The notes under the pieces: generated by a model
What the model saw: the letters and a program-made list of their open reading frames with translations, nothing else
What the model was told of the DNA's origin: nothing
Database searches by the model: none
Part shown: one piece after another, positions 19,339 through 28,243 of the stretch
Position numbering within the stretch: the stretch's first letter is position 1
How the letters are laid out: each line of letters begins with the position of its first letter
Assembly: GCA_025359845.1 (NCBI GenBank)
Contig: JANYDT010000056.1
Span: 1 to 57,403, forward strand
Direction: 5' to 3'
Length of the DNA: 57,403 nt
Source: Acidimicrobiia bacterium
GTDB taxonomy: Bacteria > Actinomycetota > Acidimicrobiia > Acidimicrobiales > JANYDT01
Translations under genes and position numbers: made by a program

Positions 19339-19434
19339 TAGTGCCTCAACCACAAACCCACGCCTCGTCCGGCAGCTTCGCTGCCAGGCGAAATGTGGCG
19401 TGGGACTAGGCGTAGGATTGTGGTCACGGCACTA
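19339..19434. mobile_element. 96-bp TA-flanked palindromic MITE/REP-like element; may also act as a bidirectional terminator between convergent genes
   Basis: Ends TAGTGCC-tca-ACCACAA and TTGTGGT-cac-GGCACTA; nested stems cccacgcc/ggcgtggg and ggcagc-ttc-gctgcc. Confidence 0.55.
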
Positions 19435-21094
19435 GATGGACGACGCGGCGGTCGACCAGAGCGCCCGCCTTGGCATTTGCGATCCCCAGGTCACCCACGA
19501 AGGCCTCCACATCGGCCATGGAACTCCCCGACGCGAACGTTCGCACCGCCTCGGCCACACCGGTGACCTCAGCGAGAAACCCCTCGTGGGCGCCCATGGC
19601 CGGGTCTTCGACAGTACCTTCCACGAACACGACGACGAATCGGGCTCGCCTCCCATCGTGCTTGCGCCTCAGCACCCTGCCCATTCGCTGCACCATCTGA
19701 CGACGCGACCGACTCGCCGCCAAGATGATGGCCAGGTCGGCGGCCGGCACGTCGACGCCTTCGTCGAGTACTTGCGGGGCAACAACCGCGTGCAGCGTTC
19801 CTGTCGCGAATTTGGCGAGGATGACCTGGCGGTCTTGGGATGACTGCCCAGAGTGCATCGCCTCGGCCGTGATTTCTTGGTCGCGCAAAGCGGACGCAGC
19901 GAGGGAAGCACCCGAGATGGTTTGCGTGAAGACGATGACGCGTTGCGCCCCTTCCAGCGCCGGCGCCAGCCGCGCGAGCGCGTCAAGCTTGGCCGGGGTC
20001 TCGGCCATCAACCGACGCCGGTTCGCCATGGCGGACAGGTACGTGCGGGCCAAAGCCGCATCGATGCCATCGCCGCGTCGGGCGAGCCGCGCCAGGCCTT
20101 CCACGAAGGCCGCGACGGGCGCCGCCGGAACCGCGCCCTTCGCGATCAGCTGCGCCCTGGCGCTCGCCATGAGGTGTGTCAGCTCATCGTAGGCCAACCG
20201 CTCAACAGTGTTGAAGCTCACCCCCACCAGCCCGACGGAGAACCGCGCCACCACCCTGTCGGCGATCGCTACCGCGTAACCCATGCGATAGCAGGTACCC
20301 CCGAAGTACGGATCGAGCCAAGCCAGATGGCCGTCGTCGGCCCGGGCGTACGTCGCGCTGAGACCGAGCCGGCGGGCGAATCCCACCTCCAAAGCCACAC
20401 GGTTGCCCTCCGAACCGTAACGATGGCACTCATCGGCCACCAGCAGTCCGCCGGGCCTTCGGGGGCGGAGATCGGCGTCGCGCGCCGAGTTCACGATGGC
20501 CACGAGAACGTCGTGGCCACCGAGCCCTTCGCGTTGGCCGTCACCCAAGAGGCCCACACTGACGCCCGAAGGGAGACACCGCGCCAGGACGGAGTTCCAC
20601 TGCATCATGAGATCCCTCGTCGGCACGATCACGCACGTCTGGCCGCCGGCCGCAAGTTCGGCCACGGTGGCGGCCACGCCGACCATCGTCTTGCCCGTGC
20701 CCGTTACCGCCTCGACGACGCCGCGCCGGTCTTGGGCCATCCACGCCGCGAGAGCCGCGGTCTGCCAGCGATACAGGACTGGCATCGAGGCCTTCGAGAG
20801 CGCAGGGATCACCGCTCCCGACCCCTTCATGCCGTTCAATGTTGAGCTACGGGTAGGCGGATCCCGCCGCGCCGCCTGCATAGCCACCGGCCACCATCGC
20901 GGCGGGTCATCGTCGTCGTGGCGGAACCGGCGGGGGTAGGCGGCCAACACCCGAGCGACGTCGGCGGCCGTGATCGATACGCGCCCGAGGGTTCGCAGTC
21001 CGTCGCGCACCTCAACCGTCGTGCGCCCCGGAGCCGATTCCAGCACCGCGGCAATTTCCTCCGCCTCGCCGTGTCCATTCATTGGCGCCGTCAC
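19424..21094 (-). CDS. SF2 DEAD/DEAH-box helicase (XPB/Rad25/ResIII-like) with N-terminal winged-helix domain
   Basis: LYRWQ..AL; AVTGTGKT; IVPT..L..QW; ADECH; LGLSAT; VLDEGVDVP; QRMGRVLR. Confidence 0.92.
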   Translation of the reverse strand: MTAPMNGHGEAEEIAAVLESAPGRTTVEVRDGLRTLGRVSITAADVARVLAAYPRRFRHDDDDPPRWWPVAMQAARRDPPTRSSTLNGMKGSGAVIPALSKASMPVLYRWQTAALAAWMAQDRRGVVEAVTGTGKTMVGVAATVAELAAGGQTCVIVPTRDLMMQWNSVLARCLPSGVSVGLLGDGQREGLGGHDVLVAIVNSARDADLRPRRPGGLLVADECHRYGSEGNRVALEVGFARRLGLSATYARADDGHLAWLDPYFGGTCYRMGYAVAIADRVVARFSVGLVGVSFNTVERLAYDELTHLMASARAQLIAKGAVPAAPVAAFVEGLARLARRGDGIDAALARTYLSAMANRRRLMAETPAKLDALARLAPALEGAQRVIVFTQTISGASLAASALRDQEITAEAMHSGQSSQDRQVILAKFATGTLHAVVAPQVLDEGVDVPAADLAIILAASRSRRQMVQRMGRVLRRKHDGRRARFVVVFVEGTVEDPAMGAHEGFLAEVTGVAEAVRTFASGSSMADVEAFVGDLGIANAKAGALVDRRVVHLVP

Positions 21095-21128
21095 TCAGAC
21101 GCCTGCGGGGGAGGAACCGGACAGTGCG

Positions 21129-22421
21129 TCACCCGCCGTCCGAGTCGTCACTTACTCCTTCGAGCGCGACGTCTTCGGTGAAGTCGATTAAAATCTCTGA
21201 CTTCGTGATCTCGGGTTGGTACGACGAGTCGAGGCGGCGCAGGTCCCAGGCGTTGATCCACGCTCTGACGTATTGGCGCATTCGGTTGGACGGGAGCCGC
21301 TCCAGGCCCTCGACATCGGGCGGCTCCCAACCGTAGGCGGCCCCGTGGATGGCCTTCAACTTCGCGTAAGTCCGGTCGAGTTCGTCGCGATCGGGTGGCT
21401 GCAGTCGGAGCTGACCCCGCTCAATGACACGCATGCCGGTTTCTGCCGCTCCGGCCAATAGATCGTGTTCGGCTGTGCCTTTCAAACGCAGCTTCTTCGG
21501 GATCAGTTCAACATCGTTCTTTCCCACCAACACTTGGGCCTCGAAGTCTTCGACCGTAGTGAGCACCGCGCACAATGGGGCCGACGGATCATGGCGGTCG
21601 CCGCGGACCCACCGCGCCACCTCGGCATACGACTTGGCCCGCTGCAACATCGAATACCGACCGATGAGTTCCACCTCGTCGATCAGGATGACCCAGCCCG
21701 CGTAGCCGGCGGCGCCGATGAGTCGCGACACGAACCGGAACCGCTGCACGGCGAGATCGCGCTCCTTCACTGAAGCCAATCGGTACGTGTTAGCGGCACC
21801 GGCCTCTCTCAGCCGTCGCCGGAGATCGGCGACCGGCAGCGGATCACCGGCCCAGAAGCGCACGATCCGATCGGCGAACTCGGCGTCTCCTCGGGCGTAC
21901 TCGTGCAAGAACAGGCTCGCCGCGAAACGGCTGTCGACGGGGACATCGTCGTTGTGCAGCCAACGGTACAGCGCCGCGTATTGGTCTGACTCGGTCCGTA
22001 GCCCGGTGGCGATCTCGTCGATGGCGGAGCCAGGACGCCCCGGGACTCTGGCTTCCTCGATCGCCGCCCGAAAGAGCTTCGCCGGGTCGTGCAGCGGAGT
22101 CTCTTTCGAGATGACCACCTTCGACACCACGAAGCCGGCGTCGAGGGCCAGGTGCGCCAAGTATTGAAGCACATGGCTTTTGCCCGACCCGAAACCGCCG
22201 CCGATCAACATCCCGGGGCCGTCGTTGGCTCCCTCGCCAAGGGCCTGGCCAGCGGACACCGCTCGCACCGAATCGAGCAGTTGGGTGAACCGGTCTTCCA
22301 CCGCCGTTTGGAGAGAGCCGAGTGCGGCCACGGCATCACGGTTGGGCACGCCCGCCCGGAGCGCCTCGAGGGCCCTGCGCCCGGCCAGCTGACCGGTCGA
22401 CGACTCACTCGAAGAACTCAT
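21129..22421 (-). CDS. DUF2791/BrxD-like P-loop ATPase (intact Walker motifs)
   Basis: RRALEALRAGVP, GGGFGSGKSH.L, GFVVSKVVIS.ETPL, GWVILIDEVELI. ATGA overlap with the upstream gene at 22418-22421. Confidence 0.8.
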   Translation of the reverse strand: MSSSSESSTGQLAGRRALEALRAGVPNRDAVAALGSLQTAVEDRFTQLLDSVRAVSAGQALGEGANDGPGMLIGGGFGSGKSHVLQYLAHLALDAGFVVSKVVISKETPLHDPAKLFRAAIEEARVPGRPGSAIDEIATGLRTESDQYAALYRWLHNDDVPVDSRFAASLFLHEYARGDAEFADRIVRFWAGDPLPVADLRRRLREAGAANTYRLASVKERDLAVQRFRFVSRLIGAAGYAGWVILIDEVELIGRYSMLQRAKSYAEVARWVRGDRHDPSAPLCAVLTTVEDFEAQVLVGKNDVELIPKKLRLKGTAEHDLLAGAAETGMRVIERGQLRLQPPDRDELDRTYAKLKAIHGAAYGWEPPDVEGLERLPSNRMRQYVRAWINAWDLRRLDSSYQPEITKSEILIDFTEDVALEGVSDDSDGG

Positions 22422-23374
22422 GCTGCCCCCAATCGGACCAAGGACGAATACGGATTGTCGCGCCTCACGTCGCGCACCTCGTCGAAGATACGCAGCTTCA
22501 GGGCTTGGTAGGCATCGACGCCGCGATTCGGGTCCGTGACGAACTCCGGAGCGGTGATCACGACCACGCAGCAGTGGGTCAATTCGTCGGTGTTGTCGAC
22601 CAACTGGCGGAGCAACTCGTAGGCGTCGAGCAGCGCTGACTTTGTGTAATAGAGGCCGGCGCGCTCCTCGGCCCGGGGCCGCTTCGCGAACCCGAGACGG
22701 CGAATGTCGAGTTCGAGCAACAGTCCCGGTTTGCCATTTACCGAGAGCCAATGGGCGAGTGAGAACAGAAGCTGGCGGGCATTGTTGCGCCCCACCCGGC
22801 GAAAGATCATGGCGGAGTGCAGTAGAGACATTTGGCGCAGATCGCCGCGCAACCAATCCAGTACGGCGCCGTGTTCGGCGTCGGTCACCTGGCCCGTCGC
22901 CAGGTGCGCCTGGCAGAGCCTCAGCATGGCGATGCGGAACTCCTGCACCATCTCGTAGTCGCGGTAAATGCGCTGCTGCAGATATCGGTTCACGTCTCGG
23001 CTCAGCTCGGCCGCGTCGACGCCGTAGCGAGCGGCCACGCCGCCGACCGTGATGTCATCGCTCCCATCGGGGACCGGATGGGCCGCGGCCGCCCACGCGG
23101 CCCGAACCGTGGTCTTGGCCAGAGCGTCCCAGTCGATCTGGGCGGCCACCGCAAAGAACACTTGCTCCATCATGTGTACCCGGGTCAGGGCGGCGTCGAC
23201 TCGGGCCACGACGTAGCCGTCGGCCACCGCGTGTTGGGCGAGCTCGGCGCTGAATGCGGCGGCGTGATCGTCATCGGTCGCCACGGCGAACTTGACGGCC
23301 CCGCCACCGCCGGCCACGAACGTGGACAGGTACTCGCCCTCGAGGAACGCGGAGTAGTCGTGGCCGGTGATCAT
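22418..23374 (-). CDS. DUF2791/BrxD-like protein with degenerate Walker A (probable inactive ATPase)
   Basis: EYLSTFVAGGGGAVKFAV without GK[ST]; GYVVA.VDA; LDWLRG; NARQLL.SL..WL...G..GLLL.LD; DAYELLRQLVD; YQALKLRI. Confidence 0.7.
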   Translation of the reverse strand: MITGHDYSAFLEGEYLSTFVAGGGGAVKFAVATDDDHAAAFSAELAQHAVADGYVVARVDAALTRVHMMEQVFFAVAAQIDWDALAKTTVRAAWAAAAHPVPDGSDDITVGGVAARYGVDAAELSRDVNRYLQQRIYRDYEMVQEFRIAMLRLCQAHLATGQVTDAEHGAVLDWLRGDLRQMSLLHSAMIFRRVGRNNARQLLFSLAHWLSVNGKPGLLLELDIRRLGFAKRPRAEERAGLYYTKSALLDAYELLRQLVDNTDELTHCCVVVITAPEFVTDPNRGVDAYQALKLRIFDEVRDVRRDNPYSSLVRLGAA

Positions 23375-24156
23375 TGCCCGTCCCGACTGAGGCTGATGCC
23401 CGCGTAAATCTTCTCTTGACCCGACCGGCTCACGGTCATCAGCACACCCGTTCCGCGGGTGAGCGCGCTGGCCGGCAGCTCTAGCTTTCGCCCGTCCTTG
23501 GTCGTCACGACCCCGCTCTGGTCGAGCAAGTAGAGGTCGCGGGCGAACTCTTGCTTTGTGTAGTCGCGCCCCGATCCTGGTAGCACGGTCAGCACGGTGT
23601 ACACGTCGACGAGCTTCACGATCGATGCCTCGCGAGCGCCCGCTTTGGCGACGACCAACTCGTAGGCAAGGGCGAGCGACTCCAGGAAAGCCTCCACCTT
23701 GAACTTCGGGGGACGGGCCTGCAACGCTTTCAAAGTGCGTACCAGCACCGACGGTCGGGTTCGGCGATCTTTTCTTTTATCGATCACGACCGCGGTGTCG
23801 CCGGGCGAGATTTGCACGATGGCGGGAAAGCTGAGGATGCGGTCGTCGGACTCAAACGCATGAACTCCCTCCTCGGCCGCGAGCGCCAGTACCTCCTTGG
23901 CGTAACCGCCGCCCGCGAAGTGCGCTTGTTCGTCGAATGACCATCCATCGCGGACGTCACGGACGGTGACGCCGGCCTGGTCGCATAGCCGAATTGCGGA
24001 GTCCATCGCGGCCCGCAATTCACGCATTTGGCCGAGCGAGGCGGCGGCCTTGATCTTCTTCGTCTCCTTGAGTGCGGAGGCGATTGCTCGGACGGCAGCA
24101 TCGGCCTCGCGCTCGAGCGTGGCCAGCGCGCCTTCGAGGCTGTCGTTCGATGCCAT
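23371..24156 (-). CDS. Hypothetical protein (N-terminal helical/coiled region, possible C-terminal winged helix)
   Basis: Plausible coding sequence with ATGA overlap into the next gene; C-terminal VKLVDVYTVLTVLPG..DYTKQEFARDLYLLD. Confidence 0.75.
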   Translation of the reverse strand: MASNDSLEGALATLEREADAAVRAIASALKETKKIKAAASLGQMRELRAAMDSAIRLCDQAGVTVRDVRDGWSFDEQAHFAGGGYAKEVLALAAEEGVHAFESDDRILSFPAIVQISPGDTAVVIDKRKDRRTRPSVLVRTLKALQARPPKFKVEAFLESLALAYELVVAKAGAREASIVKLVDVYTVLTVLPGSGRDYTKQEFARDLYLLDQSGVVTTKDGRKLELPASALTRGTGVLMTVSRSGQEKIYAGISLSRDGQ

Positions 24157-24204
24157 GGGCTTCTCCGGGATCGGTAGGTTGGGTTCGGGGCGGGTTCGGG
24201 GAAA

Positions 24205-25926
24205 TTAGAAGAGCGTGGCTGCATTCATCGGGACCAGCTCGACGGTAGCGCCGTCGATATCGGGACGGAAACTGACCACGAGAGTGTCGCCGGTGAGGGC
24301 ACCTACAGCGAGCGCGATCGGGCGTACCGAACCCCTGGTCGCCAGTAGGCCATCGTAGGACAACGCCACAGGTCCGTACCGCGTCGCGAACGTGCGGCGA
24401 CCCCCTTCGAGCATACCGAGCGACTCGACCAATGCTTGGGGCACAGCCCCGCCCGAACCGGCCAGGGTCAAATGATCCACCTCGATACGCAGTGACCGCA
24501 CTCCGCCGGGCCCCGCAGGGTTGAATGCCTCTTCGTAGGGGACTCCGCCCCACTCCGCCAACTCCCAATTGTCGGGCCCGACCCGAACGAACCGGGCGTC
24601 GCGCCGTAGCGCCGCTTCGTCATCTCTCGGTCTGATGTTGGTCGCCGTTGGGGCCCTGGAAGGAGGCGCGCCGGGCCACTCCCGGAGTTCCTCGGTGGTC
24701 ATCGTGTGCCCCGCGGCCGACAGCGCTCGCGCCGCGACATCGACAGGTGAGCCGGTCATGAGCACCACGAGATCATCGACGACTCGCACCGGCTGTTGGG
24801 CCAACCACGCGTCGACATGATCACCGACCAGGCAGAGCGACTGAAAGTCTTTGCGGACGTGACTGGCGAGGCGCACGCCGTCATCCTCGCTGAGCACCCG
24901 AGCGGTCTCCAAAACTAACTCTGTCGGATGTACGGCGATCCAACCCGGGTGCTCGGTCACGGGCCGGTACGGGCCGGCCCACCAGAGCAGCAGGAGCGAC
25001 CGGGTATCGGTCGTCGACGGCAGTTCCAGGCTCTCGAGCAGCAGGTCCGCGGCCGCTACCGGTGCGGCGACGCCGAGACCCTCCTTCAGGCAATCGACGA
25101 TGGCGCGCAGGAGCCGGTCCTCACCGGACGCGGCCACTGCGGATCGCACCCGTTCGGTTGCCCGGTCTCGGATTTGGCGCACTCGCTGGTTGCCGACATC
25201 CAAAACCCGTGCGACCGAGGCTCCGGTAGGCGCACCCCCCAGTTGGAGGTCGAGACGCTCGAAGACGACTCGATCACGAGAGTCTCCGGTGGCGGCCAGA
25301 GCCCGGTCGAGCACCGATACGACTCGGTCCGCAGGGCTGTCGCCGTTGTCGCCGCGCGATGCGCTCAGGCGCGCCGCCGCCGCTCGGATCGCTGACGGGT
25401 GCTGCCTCTTGGCCAGCTGTGTAAGCGCGTTGCGCAGCGCCGTCGAACCGGACTCGCGCTCGTAAGCGAGCAACGCCGCGAGATCGTTGCTCGGCGTTGT
25501 CGTCCTCTCGTTGGTATCGCGGTCAGACTGAATCACTGCGGCGAGCGCGCACTCCAGCAAGGCGACCAAGGATTTGGGGCCGACGTTCATAATCTCGCTG
25601 ATCTCGACCAGCGTGCGCCCGCCAAGCACCGCCCAGGTACTGGCGCCGTCTCGTTCGAGGGCGGCCACGAGACGGACCGGACAGGGGCCGGCAGCGGGCC
25701 CGCCGGGTGCGTTCACGAGCGCGGGAATCACGTCGCGCAAGCGGGACCCGGCCAGCGCGGTCAGCGTCCCGGGCCCGATCCCGTCGACGATCGCCGCTTG
25801 AAGCACTGCGAGTCCGTCGGTCGCAAGGGGCAGCGGTAGAGCTTCGAAATCGGCTGGTAAAAGCGCGGTCAGTCCGCCGGGCACGGCCAGCAACGTAGCG
25901 ATCTGGAATCGCGTCGCCAGCGGCAA
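24205..25926 (-). CDS. Multi-HTH protein with RNAP alpha-CTD-like, sigma-70 region 4-like and HARE-HTH/delta-like segments
   Basis: ALERDG.STWA.L...T..EI.EI.NVGPKSL (alpha-CTD-like); DRVVFERL..APTGASVARVLDVGNQRVRQIRDRA (sigma4-like); ALSAAGHTMTTEEL..ALRRDARFVRVGPDNWELAEWG (HARE-like). Start codon uncertain. Confidence 0.65.
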   Translation of the reverse strand: MPLATRFQIATLLAVPGGLTALLPADFEALPLPLATDGLAVLQAAIVDGIGPGTLTALAGSRLRDVIPALVNAPGGPAAGPCPVRLVAALERDGASTWAVLGGRTLVEISEIMNVGPKSLVALLECALAAVIQSDRDTNERTTTPSNDLAALLAYERESGSTALRNALTQLAKRQHPSAIRAAAARLSASRGDNGDSPADRVVSVLDRALAATGDSRDRVVFERLDLQLGGAPTGASVARVLDVGNQRVRQIRDRATERVRSAVAASGEDRLLRAIVDCLKEGLGVAAPVAAADLLLESLELPSTTDTRSLLLLWWAGPYRPVTEHPGWIAVHPTELVLETARVLSEDDGVRLASHVRKDFQSLCLVGDHVDAWLAQQPVRVVDDLVVLMTGSPVDVAARALSAAGHTMTTEELREWPGAPPSRAPTATNIRPRDDEAALRRDARFVRVGPDNWELAEWGGVPYEEAFNPAGPGGVRSLRIEVDHLTLAGSGGAVPQALVESLGMLEGGRRTFATRYGPVALSYDGLLATRGSVRPIALAVGALTGDTLVVSFRPDIDGATVELVPMNAATLF

Positions 25927-26105
25927 TGCCGCGCACGGACGGAAGAGATGCCCGAGGGCGGTGGTCTCGATGATGGTTCTTGCTGGCGGGTTTGACGAGA
26001 TGGATGGAGGTTACCCAGACGGCGGGGCGAAGGTGGTGACCGGATCGACGTTGATCGGCCGATCACTCCGAAGGACCCCGCGCGACGGCGCGCGAGAATC
26101 GCCGA

Positions 26106-26486
26106 ATGAGTTTTGGTCAGTCGGGGTCACCAGCCAGTGCGAAACAGGTGCAGTACCTTCTCTCGCTCGTCCAGAAAGCGGGTCACGCGAGCTTTCGTGA
26201 CGCCCGCGGAGCACTGGGGCTCACCCAGCGTCAGGCGTCAGGCAAGTTCGGCCGAGACGAGATATCAGCCCTGATTGATCGGCTGCTCGCCGGAGACGAC
26301 GGCCATGAACAGGGCGAAGGCGCCGGCCTGGCGGGTGCCTTCGCGGGCATGGGGGAGCGCATCTCGGCGGCCGACCGATTACAAAACGAGCGCGCCGAAT
26401 TGCTTCGGGGGATGCCCGCCGAGTTGCTGGCGGCCGAACTGGAGCGACGGGGTTGGCCGGTTGTGGCCCCGCCCGAGACGCCATGA
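26106..26486 (+). CDS. Small hypothetical protein
   Basis: PASAKQVQYLLSL...EISALIDRL small helical motif; divergent from the cassette. Confidence 0.65.
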   Translation: MSFGQSGSPASAKQVQYLLSLVQKAGHASFRDARGALGLTQRQASGKFGRDEISALIDRLLAGDDGHEQGEGAGLAGAFAGMGERISAADRLQNERAELLRGMPAELLAAELERRGWPVVAPPETP

Positions 26487-26543
26487 CAGAGGTATGGATC
26501 GAGCCAGGCGGCTTGGCTCGGGCCGCGGGCGCAGATGTCTGGA

Positions 26544-27299
26544 TCAGCGGAGGTAGTTGTATCCGCCGTCGACCATCAGCGTGGTACCGGTGACGTACGC
26601 GGCGTCCTCGCTGGCAAGGTATACCGCCGCGCGTCCGATATCGGTTTCGGGTTGGCCCATCCGCCCGAGTGGGATGGACGCGAGAATGGCGCGGTCGGAA
26701 TCGGGGGTCTCACCGAGAAAGAAGTCCCAGCCGGGGGTTTCGGCCAAAGGGCAGATGGCGTTGACGCGCACGCCGTGCTTGCCCCACTCCACCGCCGCGG
26801 CGCGGGTCAATACCCGGATGGCTTCTTTGACCATGGCGTATCCACCCATCGCCGGCTGGGGCATGATCGAACTGCCCGAGCCCATGTTGATGACGCACCC
26901 CTTGGTGGCCCGTAAGTGGTCGAAGCTTGATTGCATGAGTCGCAAGCTCCCCATCGGGCCGGATTGCCACATTGATTGCATATCGTCCTCCGTGATCTTG
27001 CGGACCGACTTATAGATAAGGGTCTGGGCGTTATTGACCAAGATGTCGAGTCGTCCAAAAGCCGCGAGGGTCTCGGCCACGGTGGCATCGACGTCGGCGC
27101 GCGATTCAACATCACACAGGAGCGCAATCGCTCGGCCTCCCCTTCCCTCGATCTCAGCCACGACCGCCTCACACTTCGCGAAGGTCCGACCGACGACGGC
27201 GACCTTGGCCCCTTCCCCGGCTAGAGCGAGGGCTACGCCTCGACCCACTCCCTGCCCCGCGCCGGTGACTATCGCAACTTTGCTCTCGAGTCGGTTCAC
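26544..27299 (-). CDS. Short-chain dehydrogenase/reductase
   Basis: TGAGQGVG, LVNNA, YAMVK, GVRVNAICP, TG..L.VDGG. Confidence 0.95.
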   Translation of the reverse strand: MNRLESKVAIVTGAGQGVGRGVALALAGEGAKVAVVGRTFAKCEAVVAEIEGRGGRAIALLCDVESRADVDATVAETLAAFGRLDILVNNAQTLIYKSVRKITEDDMQSMWQSGPMGSLRLMQSSFDHLRATKGCVINMGSGSSIMPQPAMGGYAMVKEAIRVLTRAAAVEWGKHGVRVNAICPLAETPGWDFFLGETPDSDRAILASIPLGRMGQPETDIGRAAVYLASEDAAYVTGTTLMVDGGYNYLR

Positions 27300-27333
27300 G
27301 GGTCAACTCTGGCACGCGCCGCCGTGACGGCCC

Positions 27334-28215
27334 TTACAGGTCGATCGTCTTGGCGATGACTTCGTCACCGAAGCGCCGCAATTCGTCGCGCATGTCAGCA
27401 GTAGTTGACGCCCGAACGGCGATGCCGATGCGGTGAACCCCGACGCCCGCGTACCAGCGGGCCTCTTCGACGGTGCGGGCCCCGCCGGAGGTGAACTCGA
27501 GTTGGTCGGGGTCGCGCCCAGCCGCCGCCGTCTCACTGCGCACGCGCTCGATGAGGTGGGGGAGCACTACCTTGATGTCTTCACCGGGGAGTACAAAAGG
27601 GAAGTATCCGTCCGCGGAGCGCGCGGCGCGGCGGATGGCGGCGTCGGAGGAACCACCGACGTGCAGTGGGATCGCCCGGTTCACCGGCCACGGTCGGCAT
27701 TCCACCTGCTCGAACTTCACGAACTGCCCATCGAAGGTGGCGATGTCGTCGCGCCACAATGTGCGCATGGCATCGATGTATTCGTCCATGCGCTTGCCCC
27801 GGTTGGTGAACTGCATTCCGACCGCTTGGTACTCCTCGGGCAGTTCGCCGACGCCGATGCCCAACATGAGGCGACCCTTGGACAGATGATCGAGGGTGGC
27901 GGCCGTCTTGGCGAGGACTGTGGGTTGGTGCTCGGGCACGATCAGCACGTTCGTACCGAGTTTGATTCGGGTCGTAACGGCGGCGACGTAGGCGAGCCAG
28001 GTGAGCGGATCAGGGATGCCACCGCGTCGAGCCAGCCGGTCCATCTTGCCGTCGGGCATTCCCCTATAGGGCGTCGCGTCGGGCGACTTCGACATGACGA
28101 CGTGCTCAGGGGCCCATAACGACTCGAAACCCACCTCCTCCGCGGTTTGGGCCATAGCAATGGCTGCATCGGGGTCGGGAAAACCAGTGCTGGAAAAGAC
28201 GATGCCCCATTTCAT
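27334..28215 (-). CDS. LLM-class (probably F420-dependent) oxidoreductase
   Basis: AEEVGFESLWAPEH, DPL..LA.VAA.T.RIKLGT, LAK.AATLD.LS.GRL.LG.G.G. Confidence 0.92.
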   Translation of the reverse strand: MKWGIVFSSTGFPDPDAAIAMAQTAEEVGFESLWAPEHVVMSKSPDATPYRGMPDGKMDRLARRGGIPDPLTWLAYVAAVTTRIKLGTNVLIVPEHQPTVLAKTAATLDHLSKGRLMLGIGVGELPEEYQAVGMQFTNRGKRMDEYIDAMRTLWRDDIATFDGQFVKFEQVECRPWPVNRAIPLHVGGSSDAAIRRAARSADGYFPFVLPGEDIKVVLPHLIERVRSETAAAGRDPDQLEFTSGGARTVEEARWYAGVGVHRIGIAVRASTTADMRDELRRFGDEVIAKTIDL

Positions 28216-28243
28216 GGCGCGACCGGGCTGTGGACGGGTTGGC

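Noticed and set aside
19424-25926. Calling the cassette a canonical BREX or DISARM system
   Set aside because: No methyltransferase, PglZ, BrxC/PglY, DUF1998 or PLD gene is present in the window.
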